The notes under the pieces were generated by a model that saw nothing but the letters and a program-made list of their open reading frames with translations, made no database searches and was not told the DNA's origin. The translations under genes and the position numbers were made by a program. Of a DNA stretch of 64,000 nt, positions 43,411 to 57,603 are shown in pieces (the first letter of the stretch is position 1; each line of letters begins with the position of its first letter). Source of the DNA: Candidatus Fervidifonticultor secundus (GTDB lineage: Bacteria; Sysuimicrobiota; Sysuimicrobiia; Sysuimicrobiales; Humicultoraceae). Location of the stretch: NCBI GenBank assembly GCA_031459385.1, contig JAVKIP010000011.1, forward strand, positions 25,483-89,482, in the 5' to 3' direction.

Positions 43411-44064
43411 GTGGCGCGCGACGGCGGGCAGTCCACGGCGGAGCAGGCGGAGGAGATCGTCCGCCGGCTGCGCGGCGTCGTGGCTGCGCGCGTCGTGCCC
43501 ACGCCAGAGGGCGCCATCGACGTGGTCCACGTGCTGGGGCAGGCCGATCGCAGCCCCCGCCTGATCGCGACCGACGTGGTCTCGGCGCTGGCCGCAGAAC
43601 TCGGGGTGCACCTCGACGCCCGCCAGGTGCGGGTGGCGGCGATGCGGCCCGAGGAGCAGACCACGGCCGTGCCGCAGGCGCGCCTGAAGTTCGTGGGCCT
43701 GTCCCTGTCCGTCGTGCGCGACAGCGCCGAGGTGAAGGTCCACCTCGAGGACCGCGGCATGCTCTACGAAGGCGTCGCGGCGGGCCCCAACGTCCCCCGG
43801 CACCGCCTGGCGCTCGTGGCCCAGGCTGCCCTGCGCGCCGTCGAGGTGTTCCTCCGCGCGCCCGGCCTGCTGGCGTTCGAGGGGGTGACCACGACGCAGG
43901 CGGGCGACCACGAGGTCGCGGTCGTGACGGTGATCCTGGCCAGCAGCGAGCAAGAGGTCCTGGCCGGGGCGTCGGTGGTGCGCGACGACGTGCGCGAGGC
44001 CGTGGTGCGGGCGGTCCTGGCCGCCGTCAACCGGCCCATCTCCTGGCTCACGGCGCAGCGGTAG
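43411..44064 (+). CDS. Conserved hypothetical protein
   Basis: GGAG SD, strong GC3 codon bias, 217-aa ORF; no recognisable catalytic motif. Confidence 0.75.
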   Translation: MARDGGQSTAEQAEEIVRRLRGVVAARVVPTPEGAIDVVHVLGQADRSPRLIATDVVSALAAELGVHLDARQVRVAAMRPEEQTTAVPQARLKFVGLSLSVVRDSAEVKVHLEDRGMLYEGVAAGPNVPRHRLALVAQAALRAVEVFLRAPGLLAFEGVTTTQAGDHEVAVVTVILASSEQEVLAGASVVRDDVREAVVRAVLAAVNRPISWLTAQR

Positions 44065-44091
44065 CCGCCGGGGTGGTCCCGTCGGACACGT

Positions 44092-44134
44092 GGCCCGCGG
44101 CCCGGGCGCGACCCGGGCGGCGGGCCCGTTGTTC
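44092..44134 (+). terminator. Possible intrinsic terminator
   Basis: Long GC hairpin ggcccgc-g-gcccggg..cccgggc-g-gcgggcc followed by gttgtt (weak U-tract). Confidence 0.4.
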
Positions 44135-44176
44135 TATAATGAACAGGTCGGGCCATCGTGGCCCGCGAGGTGACGC

Positions 44177-48762
<4,586 letters not shown>

Positions 48763-48864
48763 GCCAGGCAGGCGCGCAAAACGGCGGGGTGCCAGGGCGC
48801 CCGCGGGCGGCGCCCGCAAGTCGGCTGGAGCCTTGCGGGGGGGTCTGCTATAATGCGTGAGGCC

Positions 48865-49975
48865 ATGATCCAGATGGACGAGCTTCACATGCAACTCCGC
48901 GAGAGCCGCCGTCGCCTCCAGTCTCTTCGGGGGTATCTTTGACCTGCCCGCGAAGCAGGCCCGCATAGCCAGCCTCGAACACGAGATGCAACAGCCCGCG
49001 TTGTGGGCCGACGCTGCGCGCGCCCGCGCCCTGAGCCGGGAGTTGAGCCAGCTCCGGACCACCGTTGCGGCCGTGACCTCGCTGGAGCGGCGGCTGGACG
49101 ATTTGGAGACGATGCTCGAGCTGACCGCCGAAGGGCCGGGCGAGGGCTTCACGGCCGCCGAGCTGGTGGCCGAGGCCCAGGCCGTGGCGGCCGACCTGGC
49201 ACGGCTGGAGGCGGCCGCCCTGCTCTCGGGGCCCCACGACGAAGCCAACGTCATTCTCTCGGTCCATGCCGGCGCCGGCGGCACCGAGTCCCAGGACTGG
49301 GCCCAGATGCTGCTGCGGATGTACCTGCGTTGGGCCGAGCGGCGTGGCTACACCAGCGAGGTGGTAGATGCCTCCCCCGGTGAGGAGGCTGGCCTGAAGA
49401 GCGCGACGGTCATCGTCAGCGGCCCGTACGCCTACGGCCACCTGAAGGTAGAACGCGGGGTACACCGCCTGGTGCGCCTCTCGCCTTTCGATGCCGCCCA
49501 CCGCCGGCACACCTCGTTCGCGCTGGTCGACGTGATTCCCGACGTCGAGCAGGCGGAGAGCCAGCTGCGCGACGAGGACCTCAAGATCGAGACCTACCGG
49601 GCCGGGGGCGCGGGGGGGCAAAACGTCAACAAGGTCGAGACAGCGGTGCGCGTCACGCACCTGCCGACCGGCATCGTGGTGCAGTGCCAGAACGAGCGGT
49701 CCCAGCACGCGAACAAGCTCACCGCCCTGCGCATCCTGGCCGCGCGCCTGGCCGAGCGCGCCGAGGACGAGCGGCGCCAGCAGCTGGCCCAGCTACGGGG
49801 CGAGCACCGCGAGGCCGCGTGGGGCAACCAGATCCGCTCGTACGTCCTGCACCCCTACCAGCTGGTGAAAGACCACCGCACCGGGGTCGAGACCGGCGAC
49901 ACTGCGGCCGTCCTCGACGGCAACCTGGACCGGTTCATCGAGGCCGCCCTGCGCAGCGGCGTGGTCGCGGGATGA
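48865..49975 (+). CDS. prfB: Peptide chain release factor 2 (programmed +1 frameshift)
   Basis: ATG 48865 frame ends at GGGGG-TAT-CTT-TGA-C (CTT TGA C at 48937-48943); the +1 frame carries SPF and GGQ; TGCTATAAT at 48846-48854. Confidence 0.97.
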
Positions 49976-50697
49976 TCGTGCGGCGCCGTCCCTGGCCGCG
50001 CCGTGCGGCGGGGAGCGCCGGATCCGTGCTGCTCCTGGCGGCGCTGGGCATCGTGGTTGCGGGCGCGGTGACGGCGTGGCTGCCCTCGACGCTGCTCGCC
50101 CGGCAGGTGGCGGCTGCCCTGCAGCCGCACCTCGTCGAGGGCGGCACCGCCCGGGTGACAGCGCGCGCCACGGCCTGGGGGCTTGCCGCGGGGCGCGTGG
50201 ACCGGCTCACGATCACCGCGACGGGCGTCAGACTCGGCGAGCTGGCGGCGCAGCGGATGACCGCCCACCTGGAGGGCGTCCGCGCCGCCCGCGACGGCCG
50301 GGGCTGGCGGGTCGCCAGCGTCGCGGCGGGCCAGGCCGAGTGCGAGGTGGGCGCGGAGGCGCTCCAGCAGCTGCTGGTCTCCCGCGGCGTGGAGCGCGCC
50401 CAGGTCGCCATCGCGGCCGATGCCGTGGCCGCGAGCGGCGAGATCCGCGTGGGGATCGCGCTGGTGCCGGTCCGCGTGCGGGCCCAGCCCTACTCCACCG
50501 GGCGCGATCTCCGCTTCCGCATCCTGGCCCTCGACTTCGGGGGCGTCGAGGTACCGCCCGCGCTGGCAGAAACCGTGCTGGCGGCGGTGCAGCCGGCCGT
50601 CGCACTCGACGGGCTCCCGTGGTCGCTGCACGTGACCCGGGTCGACACCGACGCCGGCGTGATCCGCCTCGTCGCAAGGGTCGGTGGCGCGCCGTGA
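49972..50697 (+). CDS. LmeA/DUF2993-like membrane-anchored protein
   Basis: ATGA overlap with prfB; N-terminal [28 protein letters not shown]. Confidence 0.6.
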   Translation: MIVRRRPWPRRAAGSAGSVLLLAALGIVVAGAVTAWLPSTLLARQVAAALQPHLVEGGTARVTARATAWGLAAGRVDRLTITATGVRLGELAAQRMTAHLEGVRAARDGRGWRVASVAAGQAECEVGAEALQQLLVSRGVERAQVAIAADAVAASGEIRVGIALVPVRVRAQPYSTGRDLRFRILALDFGGVEVPPALAETVLAAVQPAVALDGLPWSLHVTRVDTDAGVIRLVARVGGAP

Positions 50698-50769
50698 GCC
50701 ACTCCCCCACGCGGTCGGTAGCGCGCTGTGAGCCACTCCCCCACGCGGGTCGGTAGCGCACCATGAGCC
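50678..50769 (+). repeat. ~34-35 bp tandem repeat, 2.7 copies
   Basis: GGTCGGTRGCGCRCYRTGAGCC x3 separated by ACTCCCCCACGC x2. Confidence 0.9.
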
Positions 50770-52751
50770 GCCGGCTGCTGGTGGGCTGTCTGCTGGTCGG
50801 ACTGGTCGCCGCCGGGGTCATCGCTGGCTTCCGCCATCGCGTGGAGGGAGGCTACCGCACCGTCGAGCTCGTGCTGGACGGGCCCGACTGGACGATGCTG
50901 GCCCGGCGTGAAGGCAGACCCGTGCAGGCGGTCCTCCGCGAGGCGCGGCGGCGCGGGGCTACGTCGGTGGCCGTGCCCGACGCGACGCTCCGCCAGCTGG
51001 CGGAGGACGGGGTGGTGGCCTACGCTGCCGGCGGTGCGTTGCTGGCCCAGGCGCGAGGGGCCGCGCTGGCGGGGGGGTTCGCACGGCTCCACGCCAGGGG
51101 CGCGATCCGGACCGATGCCGTGTACATCACGGCGTCGCCGGACGTCCTGTCGTGGGTAGAGGCGATGCTGCGGGTGCTGCTGGGCGCCGGGCGCGTGGCC
51201 GTCCGTGACGGCGTCGTCGAGGCCCGGGGCGCGGTGGCCGACCTGGAAGAGCTGGGGCTCGGAGTGGACCGGCGGCTCGTCGCGCGCGCCCGAGAGGCGG
51301 GCCTGCGCACCGTGCTGCGCCCGCGGAACTACCGCGGGCTGACTGCCGAGAGCCTGCGCGTCCTGGTGGACGGCTATGCGGCCGCAGCGCCCGCGCCGAC
51401 GCTGGTCTTCGCGCTGACGGAAGTGCAGGGGTACGAGGGTCTCGTGGACGCCGCAGCCGAGCAGTACCGTCGAGTCGGGGCCCGCTTCGGCCGCATCGAG
51501 GTCTTCACGGCGCGCCGCAAGCAGAAGGGCGAGGACCGGCTCACCGCGCTGCTGCGCCCCGACGTCATCCGCGTCTTCAGTGTGACGCCAGAGGAACTCC
51601 AGCAGCTGCGGCCCGATGAGGTTGCCGACCGCTTCGTGCGGGCGGCCCAGGAGCGCAACCTGCGGCTTCTGTACCTGCGGCCGCTGCTCAACACGCCGGC
51701 GGGGATCTCGGCGCTGGAGACGAACTTCCAGCTCGTCGAGGCGATCGTGACCGACCTGCGTGGGCTGGGTTTCACGCCTGGCCGCGCCCGGTCGCTTCCG
51801 CCCGACGTCGTCCCAGGGCCGCCGGCAGCCGCGGCCGTGCTGGCGGCCCTGGCGGCGCTCGGCGGCGCCGCGCTGGGCCTGCTGGTGCTCGACGATCTGG
51901 CGCGCACCCTCGGCGTGCGGCTGCCGCGCGCGGTTGGGGCCGCGGTGCTGATCGGTGCTGCTGGCGGCACGCTGGTCGCGACGGGCAGGAGCTGGGAGGA
52001 GCTGTGGCGGCAGGTGCTGGCCCTCGGGATCGCCGTCGCCGGCGCCGCGGGGGCAACCGTCTGGGCCATGCCCCGACCCGTTCCGGGCGCAGGCCGACGG
52101 ATCCTCGCGGGCTACCTGACGCTAGCGCGCGCGGTCGGGCTCGCCGCCGCCGCCGGGCTGCTGGTGGCTGCCCTGCTCTCCCGGTGGGCGTTCATGCTGG
52201 CGTTCCGCACGTTCCTCGGCGTCAAGGCTGCGCACGTCGTGCCCGTAGTCGTCGTGGGCGTGTGGCTGGTCTTCGCCCACCGCCCTTCGGGCGGCTGGCG
52301 CGCGGCCGCGGCCGAGATCGCGGCGTGGCTCGCGCGGCCCCTGCGCGTCGGCACGGCGCTGGCGTTGCTGGCCATCGGCGTCGCGGCCGTGATGCTGCTG
52401 GCGCGCACGGGTAACATCAGCGTGCCCCTCTCGAGCGCGGAACAGCAGCTGCGCCAGGCACTGGAAGCACGACTCGTGGCCCGGCCGCGCACCAAGGAGT
52501 TCCTGCTGGGCTACCCCGCGCTGGTCCTCGCGGGCGCCGCTGCCGCCTCCGGCCGGCAGGAGACGGCGCTGGCCTTCGCGCTGCTGGGGACCGTGGGAAC
52601 GGCGGGCGCCATCAACTCGTTCTCCCACCTGCACACGCCCCTGCTGCACACGGTCTGGCGCACGGTGCACGCGTTGTGGCTCGGCGCCGTGCTGGTCCTC
52701 CCCGCCGCGGTGGTGGTGCTCTGGATCCCGCGCCGAACGCCCCCATCCTGA
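50763..52751 (+). CDS. DUF5693 family membrane protein
   Basis: RTVELVLD, RAAQERNLRLLYLRP, FLGVK, RPRTKEFLLGYP, NSFSHLHTP; adjacent to csaB. Confidence 0.85.
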   Translation: MSRRLLVGCLLVGLVAAGVIAGFRHRVEGGYRTVELVLDGPDWTMLARREGRPVQAVLREARRRGATSVAVPDATLRQLAEDGVVAYAAGGALLAQARGAALAGGFARLHARGAIRTDAVYITASPDVLSWVEAMLRVLLGAGRVAVRDGVVEARGAVADLEELGLGVDRRLVARAREAGLRTVLRPRNYRGLTAESLRVLVDGYAAAAPAPTLVFALTEVQGYEGLVDAAAEQYRRVGARFGRIEVFTARRKQKGEDRLTALLRPDVIRVFSVTPEELQQLRPDEVADRFVRAAQERNLRLLYLRPLLNTPAGISALETNFQLVEAIVTDLRGLGFTPGRARSLPPDVVPGPPAAAAVLAALAALGGAALGLLVLDDLARTLGVRLPRAVGAAVLIGAAGGTLVATGRSWEELWRQVLALGIAVAGAAGATVWAMPRPVPGAGRRILAGYLTLARAVGLAAAAGLLVAALLSRWAFMLAFRTFLGVKAAHVVPVVVVGVWLVFAHRPSGGWRAAAAEIAAWLARPLRVGTALALLAIGVAAVMLLARTGNISVPLSSAEQQLRQALEARLVARPRTKEFLLGYPALVLAGAAAASGRQETALAFALLGTVGTAGAINSFSHLHTPLLHTVWRTVHALWLGAVLVLPAAVVVLWIPRRTPPS

Positions 52752-53842
52752 TCGCCGGCTACTACGGCCTCGGCAACCTGGGCGACGAGGCCGTGCTGGC
52801 GGGGCTGCTGGCGGCGCTGCGCCGGCTGGTGCCCGAGGGCCGGGTCGTCGTCCTCTCCGCCGATCCAGCCGCCACGCTGTCCGCGCACCGCGTCGAGGCC
52901 GTGGCCCGGTCGCCGCAGGGCGTCTGGCACGCGCTGGCGGGTGCCGGGCTGCTGATCATGGGCGGCGGGTCGCTGGTGCAGGACGTGACGAGCGCGCGCA
53001 GCGCCGTCTACTACCTCGGCGTCATGCTGGCGGCGGGTGTCCGGGGTGTGCCGGTGGCCGCGGTCGGCCAGGGAATCGGCCCGCTGCGGCGGCGATGGAT
53101 CCGCGGGCTGGCCCGCGTGGCGTTCACGCGGGCCGCGGTCGTCGACGTCCGCGACCGCGACTCGGCCGCCACTCTGGCCGCGCTGGGTGTGCGCCGGCCG
53201 GTCCGCGTGGGCGCGGACCTGGCGTTCCTGCTGGACCCTGCGCCGGCTCCGGTGGTGCAGGCGACCCTGGCCCGCTACCGGCTCGACCGGGCCCGCGCCC
53301 GGATCGGCGTGGCCTTTCGGGCCTGGGCCGGGCTCCCGCCGGTGGCCACGACGGGCGCGGTGCTGCGCCGGTTCGCGCGCGCGGTCGATGCTGACATCGC
53401 CGTGCTCGTCTTCGACCGCGCGCGCGACCGCGCCCTCGGATACGAGCTCGCCGCGGCCGCGGACGGCCGCGTGGTGGAGGTCGACACGCCCGCCGAGCTG
53501 CTGGCCTTCGTGGGCACGATGGACCTGGTGGTCGGGGTGCGCCTCCACGCCCTGATCTTCGCGGTGGCGCAGGGCGTGCCCGCCGTGGGGCTCGCCTACG
53601 ACCCGAAGATCACGGCGTTTGCGGCCGAGCAGGGTCTGCCGGTCGTGCCCGTCGACGCGTCCCCCGAGGCACTGGCGCGTACCCTGGACGCCATCTGGGC
53701 CGTCCGCGGCGACCTGCGCGCGCGCCTGCGCCCCGCGGCCGCGCGCCTGCGCGAGCTGGCGGCAGACGCCGTGGCCGCGGCGGTGGCGGCCCGGCGGCCC
53801 CGGTACCCGCTGGCAGGAGTTCCCGCAACGCGGCCGGAATGA
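52721..53842 (+). CDS. csaB: Polysaccharide pyruvyl transferase CsaB
   Basis: IAGYYGLGNLGDEA, GGGSLVQDVTS.RS..YY, QGIGP, VRDRDS, RLHALI, YDPK; start uncertain (GTG 52676 or CTG 52721). Confidence 0.92.
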   Translation: MDPAPNAPILIAGYYGLGNLGDEAVLAGLLAALRRLVPEGRVVVLSADPAATLSAHRVEAVARSPQGVWHALAGAGLLIMGGGSLVQDVTSARSAVYYLGVMLAAGVRGVPVAAVGQGIGPLRRRWIRGLARVAFTRAAVVDVRDRDSAATLAALGVRRPVRVGADLAFLLDPAPAPVVQATLARYRLDRARARIGVAFRAWAGLPPVATTGAVLRRFARAVDADIAVLVFDRARDRALGYELAAAADGRVVEVDTPAELLAFVGTMDLVVGVRLHALIFAVAQGVPAVGLAYDPKITAFAAEQGLPVVPVDASPEALARTLDAIWAVRGDLRARLRPAAARLRELAADAVAAAVAARRPRYPLAGVPATRPE

Positions 53843-53889
53843 ATAAGAGATCATCCCAACCGCCGCAGCATGCAGGGAGAGGATTCGCC

Positions 53890-54153
53890 ATGCCGGAGGT
53901 GCTCAAAGTCTCCGCAGACTCCAAGCCTAAAGCGGTTGCAGGGGCGGTCGCGGCGGTGCTCCGCGAGAAGGGTGCTGTAGAGCTTCAGGCCGTCGGAGCC
54001 GGGGCCGTCAACCAGGCGGTCAAAGCCATCGCCATCACCCGCGGGTTCGTGGCGCCCAACGGCATCGATCTGGTCGCCATCCCCGCGTTCACCAAGGTGG
54101 AGATCGACGGCGAGGAGCGCACGGCGATCAAGTTCCTGGTGGAAGCACGATAG
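53890..54153 (+). CDS. spoVS: Stage V sporulation protein S family
   Basis: EVLKVS..S.P.AVAGA, QAVGAGAVNQAVKAIAI.RGF, IPAF...IDGEERTAIK. Confidence 0.95.
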   Translation: MPEVLKVSADSKPKAVAGAVAAVLREKGAVELQAVGAGAVNQAVKAIAITRGFVAPNGIDLVAIPAFTKVEIDGEERTAIKFLVEAR

Positions 54154-54163
54154 CGCCCCGGGC

Positions 54164-55117
54164 ATGAACGGCACGGGGTACCGACAGCTGAAGCTCTTCG
54201 CCGGCAGTTCGGTTCCCGCCCTGGCCAAGGAAGTCGCCGACGCGCTGCAGATCCAGCCTGGCCGCGTGACCCTCATGCGGTTCGCCGACGGCGAGATCTA
54301 CTGTCGGTACGAGGAGAACGCCCGCGGCGAAGACGCGTTCGTCATTCAGTCCACCTGCCGTCCGGTCAACGAGCACCTGATGGAACTGCTGATCATGGTG
54401 GACGCACTGCGCCGCGCCTCGGCCGGCCGCATCACCGCCGTCATCCCGTACTACGGGTACGGCCGCAAGGACAAAAAGGAAGCCCCCCGCGAGCCCATCA
54501 CGGGGCGCCTGGTGGCCGATCTGCTGACTACCGCCGGCATCAACCGCCTGCTGACCATCGACCTGCACGCGGGACAGATCGAGGGGTTTTTCACGATTCC
54601 CGTGGATCACCTGCGGGCGCTGCCGCTGTTCGCCGACTACCTGGCCCGCAAGCACCTGGCCAACGCCGTGGTCGTTGCGCCCGACGACGGTGCGGTGAAG
54701 CGCAGCAAACAGCTGGCCGACCGGCTGAACCTGGACCTGGCCGTGGTCTTCCAGCGGCGGGTCGCAGCGGATACCAAGGAGCCGGTGCAGATCGTCGGCG
54801 ACGTAGAAGGGCGCGTGCCGGTCATGATCGAGGACATTGTGGACACGGCGGGAACCGTCTCGCGCGCCGTAGACGTCCTGGTGGCGCGCGGCGCGGTGCC
54901 GGAAGTCTATATCTGCGCGACCCACCCGGTCTTCGCCGGCCCCGCGCTGGACCGGTTGAGCCGGCCCGAGATCCGCGAGGTGATCGTCACCAACACGGTA
55001 CCGCTGCCGGCCGACCGACGCCTGGCCAAGATCACGGTGCTCTCGGCGGCGCCGCTGCTGGCCGAGGCGATCCGGCGGATCCACCTCAACCAGTCGGTGA
55101 GCCTGCTGTTCACCTGA
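54164..55117 (+). CDS. prs: Ribose-phosphate pyrophosphokinase
   Basis: FADGEI, DALRRASA, PYYGY, DLHAGQIEGFF, EDIVDTAGT. Confidence 0.96.
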   Translation: MNGTGYRQLKLFAGSSVPALAKEVADALQIQPGRVTLMRFADGEIYCRYEENARGEDAFVIQSTCRPVNEHLMELLIMVDALRRASAGRITAVIPYYGYGRKDKKEAPREPITGRLVADLLTTAGINRLLTIDLHAGQIEGFFTIPVDHLRALPLFADYLARKHLANAVVVAPDDGAVKRSKQLADRLNLDLAVVFQRRVAADTKEPVQIVGDVEGRVPVMIEDIVDTAGTVSRAVDVLVARGAVPEVYICATHPVFAGPALDRLSRPEIREVIVTNTVPLPADRRLAKITVLSAAPLLAEAIRRIHLNQSVSLLFT

Positions 55118-55168
55118 GGCGGGCTGCTGTTTACAGCCCCCAACCCTGCCCGATACGCTAGGGGCGCC

Positions 55169-56650
55169 ATGAGCAACGTGCGCACGCGCTACGCGCCGTC
55201 GCCGACCGGCTACCTGCACCTGGGCGGCGCCTGGACCGCGTTCTTCAACTGGCTGTTCACGCGGCACCACGACGGCGTCTTCGTCCTGCGGGTGGAAGAC
55301 ACCGATCGCTCTCGCTCCACCCAGCAGTACGAGGCCGCGATCTTCGAAGACTTCCGCTGGCTCGGCATCGCCTGGGACGAGGGCCCCGACGTCGGAGGCC
55401 CCTTCGGTCCCTACCGCCAGACAGAACGGACGCCGCTGTACGCGCACTACGCCCGCGAGCTCGTGGAGCGCGGCGCGGCTTATCCCTGCTACTGCACGCG
55501 GGAGGAGCTGGACGCCGAGCGGCAGCGGGCAGTCGTCGCGGGCCAGCCCTACCGGTATTCCGGCCGCTGCCGATCCCTTGCGGCAGCACAACGAGCGGCG
55601 CTCGAGGCCGCCGGCCGCCGGCCGGCGCTGCGCCTGCGGGTGACCGATGCCCCGGAGCCGATCGTCGCCCACGACCTCATCCGTGGCGACGTCGTGTTCG
55701 ACCCCCGCGACCTGGACGACTACATCATCGTGCGGTCGGACGGTACGGCGCTGTACAACTTCGCCAACGTCGTCGACGATCACCTGATGCAGATCACCCA
55801 CGTCATCCGCGGCAGCGAGCACCTCTCCAACACCCCCAAGCAGCTGGTCATCTACCGGGCCCTGGGGTGGAGCCCGCCGGCGGTGGCGCACCTGCCCACG
55901 ATCCTGGGCAAGGACCGGCGGAAGCTCAGCAAGCGGCACGGCGACACTGCGGTGCGCGACTACCGCGCCCAGGGCTACCTGCCCGAGGCCATCTTGAACT
56001 TCTTCGCCCTCATGGCCTGGCACCCCGAGGCCGAACGTGAGGTGTACACCCTCGAGGAACTCATCCGCCTGTTCCGCATCGAGGAGATCGGGAAGGCCTC
56101 GCCAGTGTTCGACCTGGAGAAGCTCACGTGGCTCAATGGCGTGTACATGCGCCGGCTGCTGGAGGAAGACCCCGACCGCGTGGTCGATCTCTGCGCCGAT
56201 ATCCTGCAGCGGAAGGGGCTGCTGGACGCCGCGGCGGTCTCGGAGCGACGCGACTACCTGCGTCGGGTCGTCGCGGTCGTCGGGGAGCGCCTGAAGGTCG
56301 GCCAGGACATCATCGCCTACGGCGACTTCTTCTTCCGCGACGTAGTCTACGAGCCCGCCGCGATGGACCGCTACCTGACCGCGGCCGCCGCGCCGCTGCT
56401 GCGAGCGTACGCCGACGCGCTGGAGGCGCTGCCGGCATTCGAGCGGGGCGCCATCGAGGCGGCCCTGCGCGACGTGTGCGCCCGGGCCGGGGTGGACGCG
56501 CGGGCGCTGGTCCATCCCGCGCGGGTGGCGCTCACCGGCAAGACCGCAGGCCCGGGGTTGTTCGAGCTCACCGAGGTGCTCGGGCGCGCGCGGGCCGTGG
56601 CGCGGTTGCGGCAGGCCGCGGCCATGGCGGTGCAGCATGCCGCGCCTTGA
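55169..56650 (+). CDS. gltX: Glutamate--tRNA ligase
   Basis: RYAPSPTGYLHLGG, RVEDTD, YPCYC, THVIRG, KLSKR; upstream TTTACA-N18-TACGCT. Confidence 0.97.
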   Translation: MSNVRTRYAPSPTGYLHLGGAWTAFFNWLFTRHHDGVFVLRVEDTDRSRSTQQYEAAIFEDFRWLGIAWDEGPDVGGPFGPYRQTERTPLYAHYARELVERGAAYPCYCTREELDAERQRAVVAGQPYRYSGRCRSLAAAQRAALEAAGRRPALRLRVTDAPEPIVAHDLIRGDVVFDPRDLDDYIIVRSDGTALYNFANVVDDHLMQITHVIRGSEHLSNTPKQLVIYRALGWSPPAVAHLPTILGKDRRKLSKRHGDTAVRDYRAQGYLPEAILNFFALMAWHPEAEREVYTLEELIRLFRIEEIGKASPVFDLEKLTWLNGVYMRRLLEEDPDRVVDLCADILQRKGLLDAAAVSERRDYLRRVVAVVGERLKVGQDIIAYGDFFFRDVVYEPAAMDRYLTAAAAPLLRAYADALEALPAFERGAIEAALRDVCARAGVDARALVHPARVALTGKTAGPGLFELTEVLGRARAVARLRQAAAMAVQHAAP

Positions 56651-56676
56651 CCCTCCACGCGAGGGGTCTCTATAAT
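56647..56676 (+). promoter_or_regulatory. tRNA promoter
   Basis: TTGACC-N18-TATAAT. Confidence 0.8.
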
Positions 56677-56729
56677 CGACCTGCGAGCAGTGCGCAGTGC
56701 GCCGCGGTCTCACCGCGGCGTCTGCACGC

Positions 56730-56803
56730 TGGGGGATCGTCTAACGGTAGGACGACGGGCTCTGGACCCGTTAGTGGGGGTTCGAATCCTCCTCCCCCAG
56801 CCA
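56730..56803 (+). tRNA. tRNA-Gln (anticodon CTG)
   Basis: Acceptor TGGGGGA/TCCCCCA, anticodon arm ACGGG-CT-CTG-GA-CCCGT, GGTTCGAATCC, encoded CCA; 74 nt. Confidence 0.96.
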
Positions 56804-56899
56804 GCCTCGTTGCATGATGCAGGTCACTTTCCTGCCCCAGGCGTCACTCAGGCGGGCGACGAAACCCTCTCTTTCAGGCGGGCAGTCCTCTATGACGGC

Positions 56900-57127
56900 A
56901 TGCGAGTCGCGACCCTCCTCCTCGCAGCCGGCCTGGTGGCGGCGCCCGCCGCGGCGTCCGCGCGTGCGGTCTCGGTGGCTTGGCCTGGGCCCCCGGCGAC
57001 TCCGTCCTGTTCGCCCACCTTCCGTGCGAGAGCTCTCGGCCGTGCCGGGCACCCGATGCGCTTCCAGCGCAGCAGACGTCGCGCGCCACGCGAATCCATC
57101 GGCGTGAGACCGGGCCCGACGGGTTAG
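56900..57127 (+). pseudogene. Probable remnant of a secreted protein
   Basis: Signal-peptide-like MRVATLLLAAGLVAAPAAASA, then degenerates; another frame gives a WAPG..VLF fragment. Confidence 0.35.
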
Positions 57128-57170
57128 CCGCTTCTGTTGTCTTGCTAACGCGAGTTAGCTTTGTTAGCAT
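57123..57170 (+). promoter_or_regulatory. Promoter with repeated GTTAGC/GCTAAC operator hexamers
   Basis: TTGCTA-N17-TAGCAT; GTTAGC at 57123, 57154 and 57163, GCTAAC at 57144. Confidence 0.75.
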
Positions 57171-57192
57171 CGGGGGACGGAGGAGGTGAGTC

Positions 57193-57600
57193 ATGGCTCG
57201 AGGGACGACGCTCTACCTGCGCGGGCTCCCCGAGCCCCTGGTGCGCGAGGCGAAGGCCACCGCGGCCCGCCGCGGGGTGACGCTGGCAGCGCTGGTGGCC
57301 GAGGCCCTGCAGCAGGTGGTCGGCGCCCCGCCCGCCGGTGCCGCGGCAGCCTCCGGCGCAGCCGCAGACGTGGCCGAGAGCCGGCGCTGGTTCGAGACGA
57401 ACCGCCGCCGCCTGCTGCGCCGCTACCGCGACCAGTACGTGGCCATCGACCGGGGTCGCGTCATCGACCACGACCGCGACTTCGACGCGCTGGCGCGCCG
57501 GGTCTTCGCCCGGGTGGGCTCGCGCCCGGTCTTCATGCCGAAGGTGACGGCGGAGGAGCGCGTCGTCGCGGTCCCGTCGCCCCGGTTGGTCGGAGCCTAG
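57193..57600 (+). CDS. Ribbon-helix-helix + DUF5678-like protein (antitoxin-like)
   Basis: GGAGGAGG SD; N-term TTLYLRGLPEPLVREAKATAARRGVTLAALVAEAL; C-term WFETNRRRLLRRYRDQYVAIDRGRVIDHDRD. Confidence 0.8.
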   Translation: MARGTTLYLRGLPEPLVREAKATAARRGVTLAALVAEALQQVVGAPPAGAAAASGAAADVAESRRWFETNRRRLLRRYRDQYVAIDRGRVIDHDRDFDALARRVFARVGSRPVFMPKVTAEERVVAVPSPRLVGA

Positions 57601-57603
57601 CCC

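Noticed and set aside
50678..50769. Mini-CRISPR interpretation of the tandem repeat
   Set aside because: The 'spacers' are identical and only 12 nt; no cas genes or leader
53890..54153. spoVS as evidence of endospore formation
   Set aside because: SpoVS occurs in many non-sporulating bacteria; no other sporulation genes in the window
55169..56803. Calling GltX non-discriminating because tRNA-Gln (U1-A72) is adjacent
   Set aside because: Plausible but not decidable here; needs the genome's glnS and gatCAB inventory
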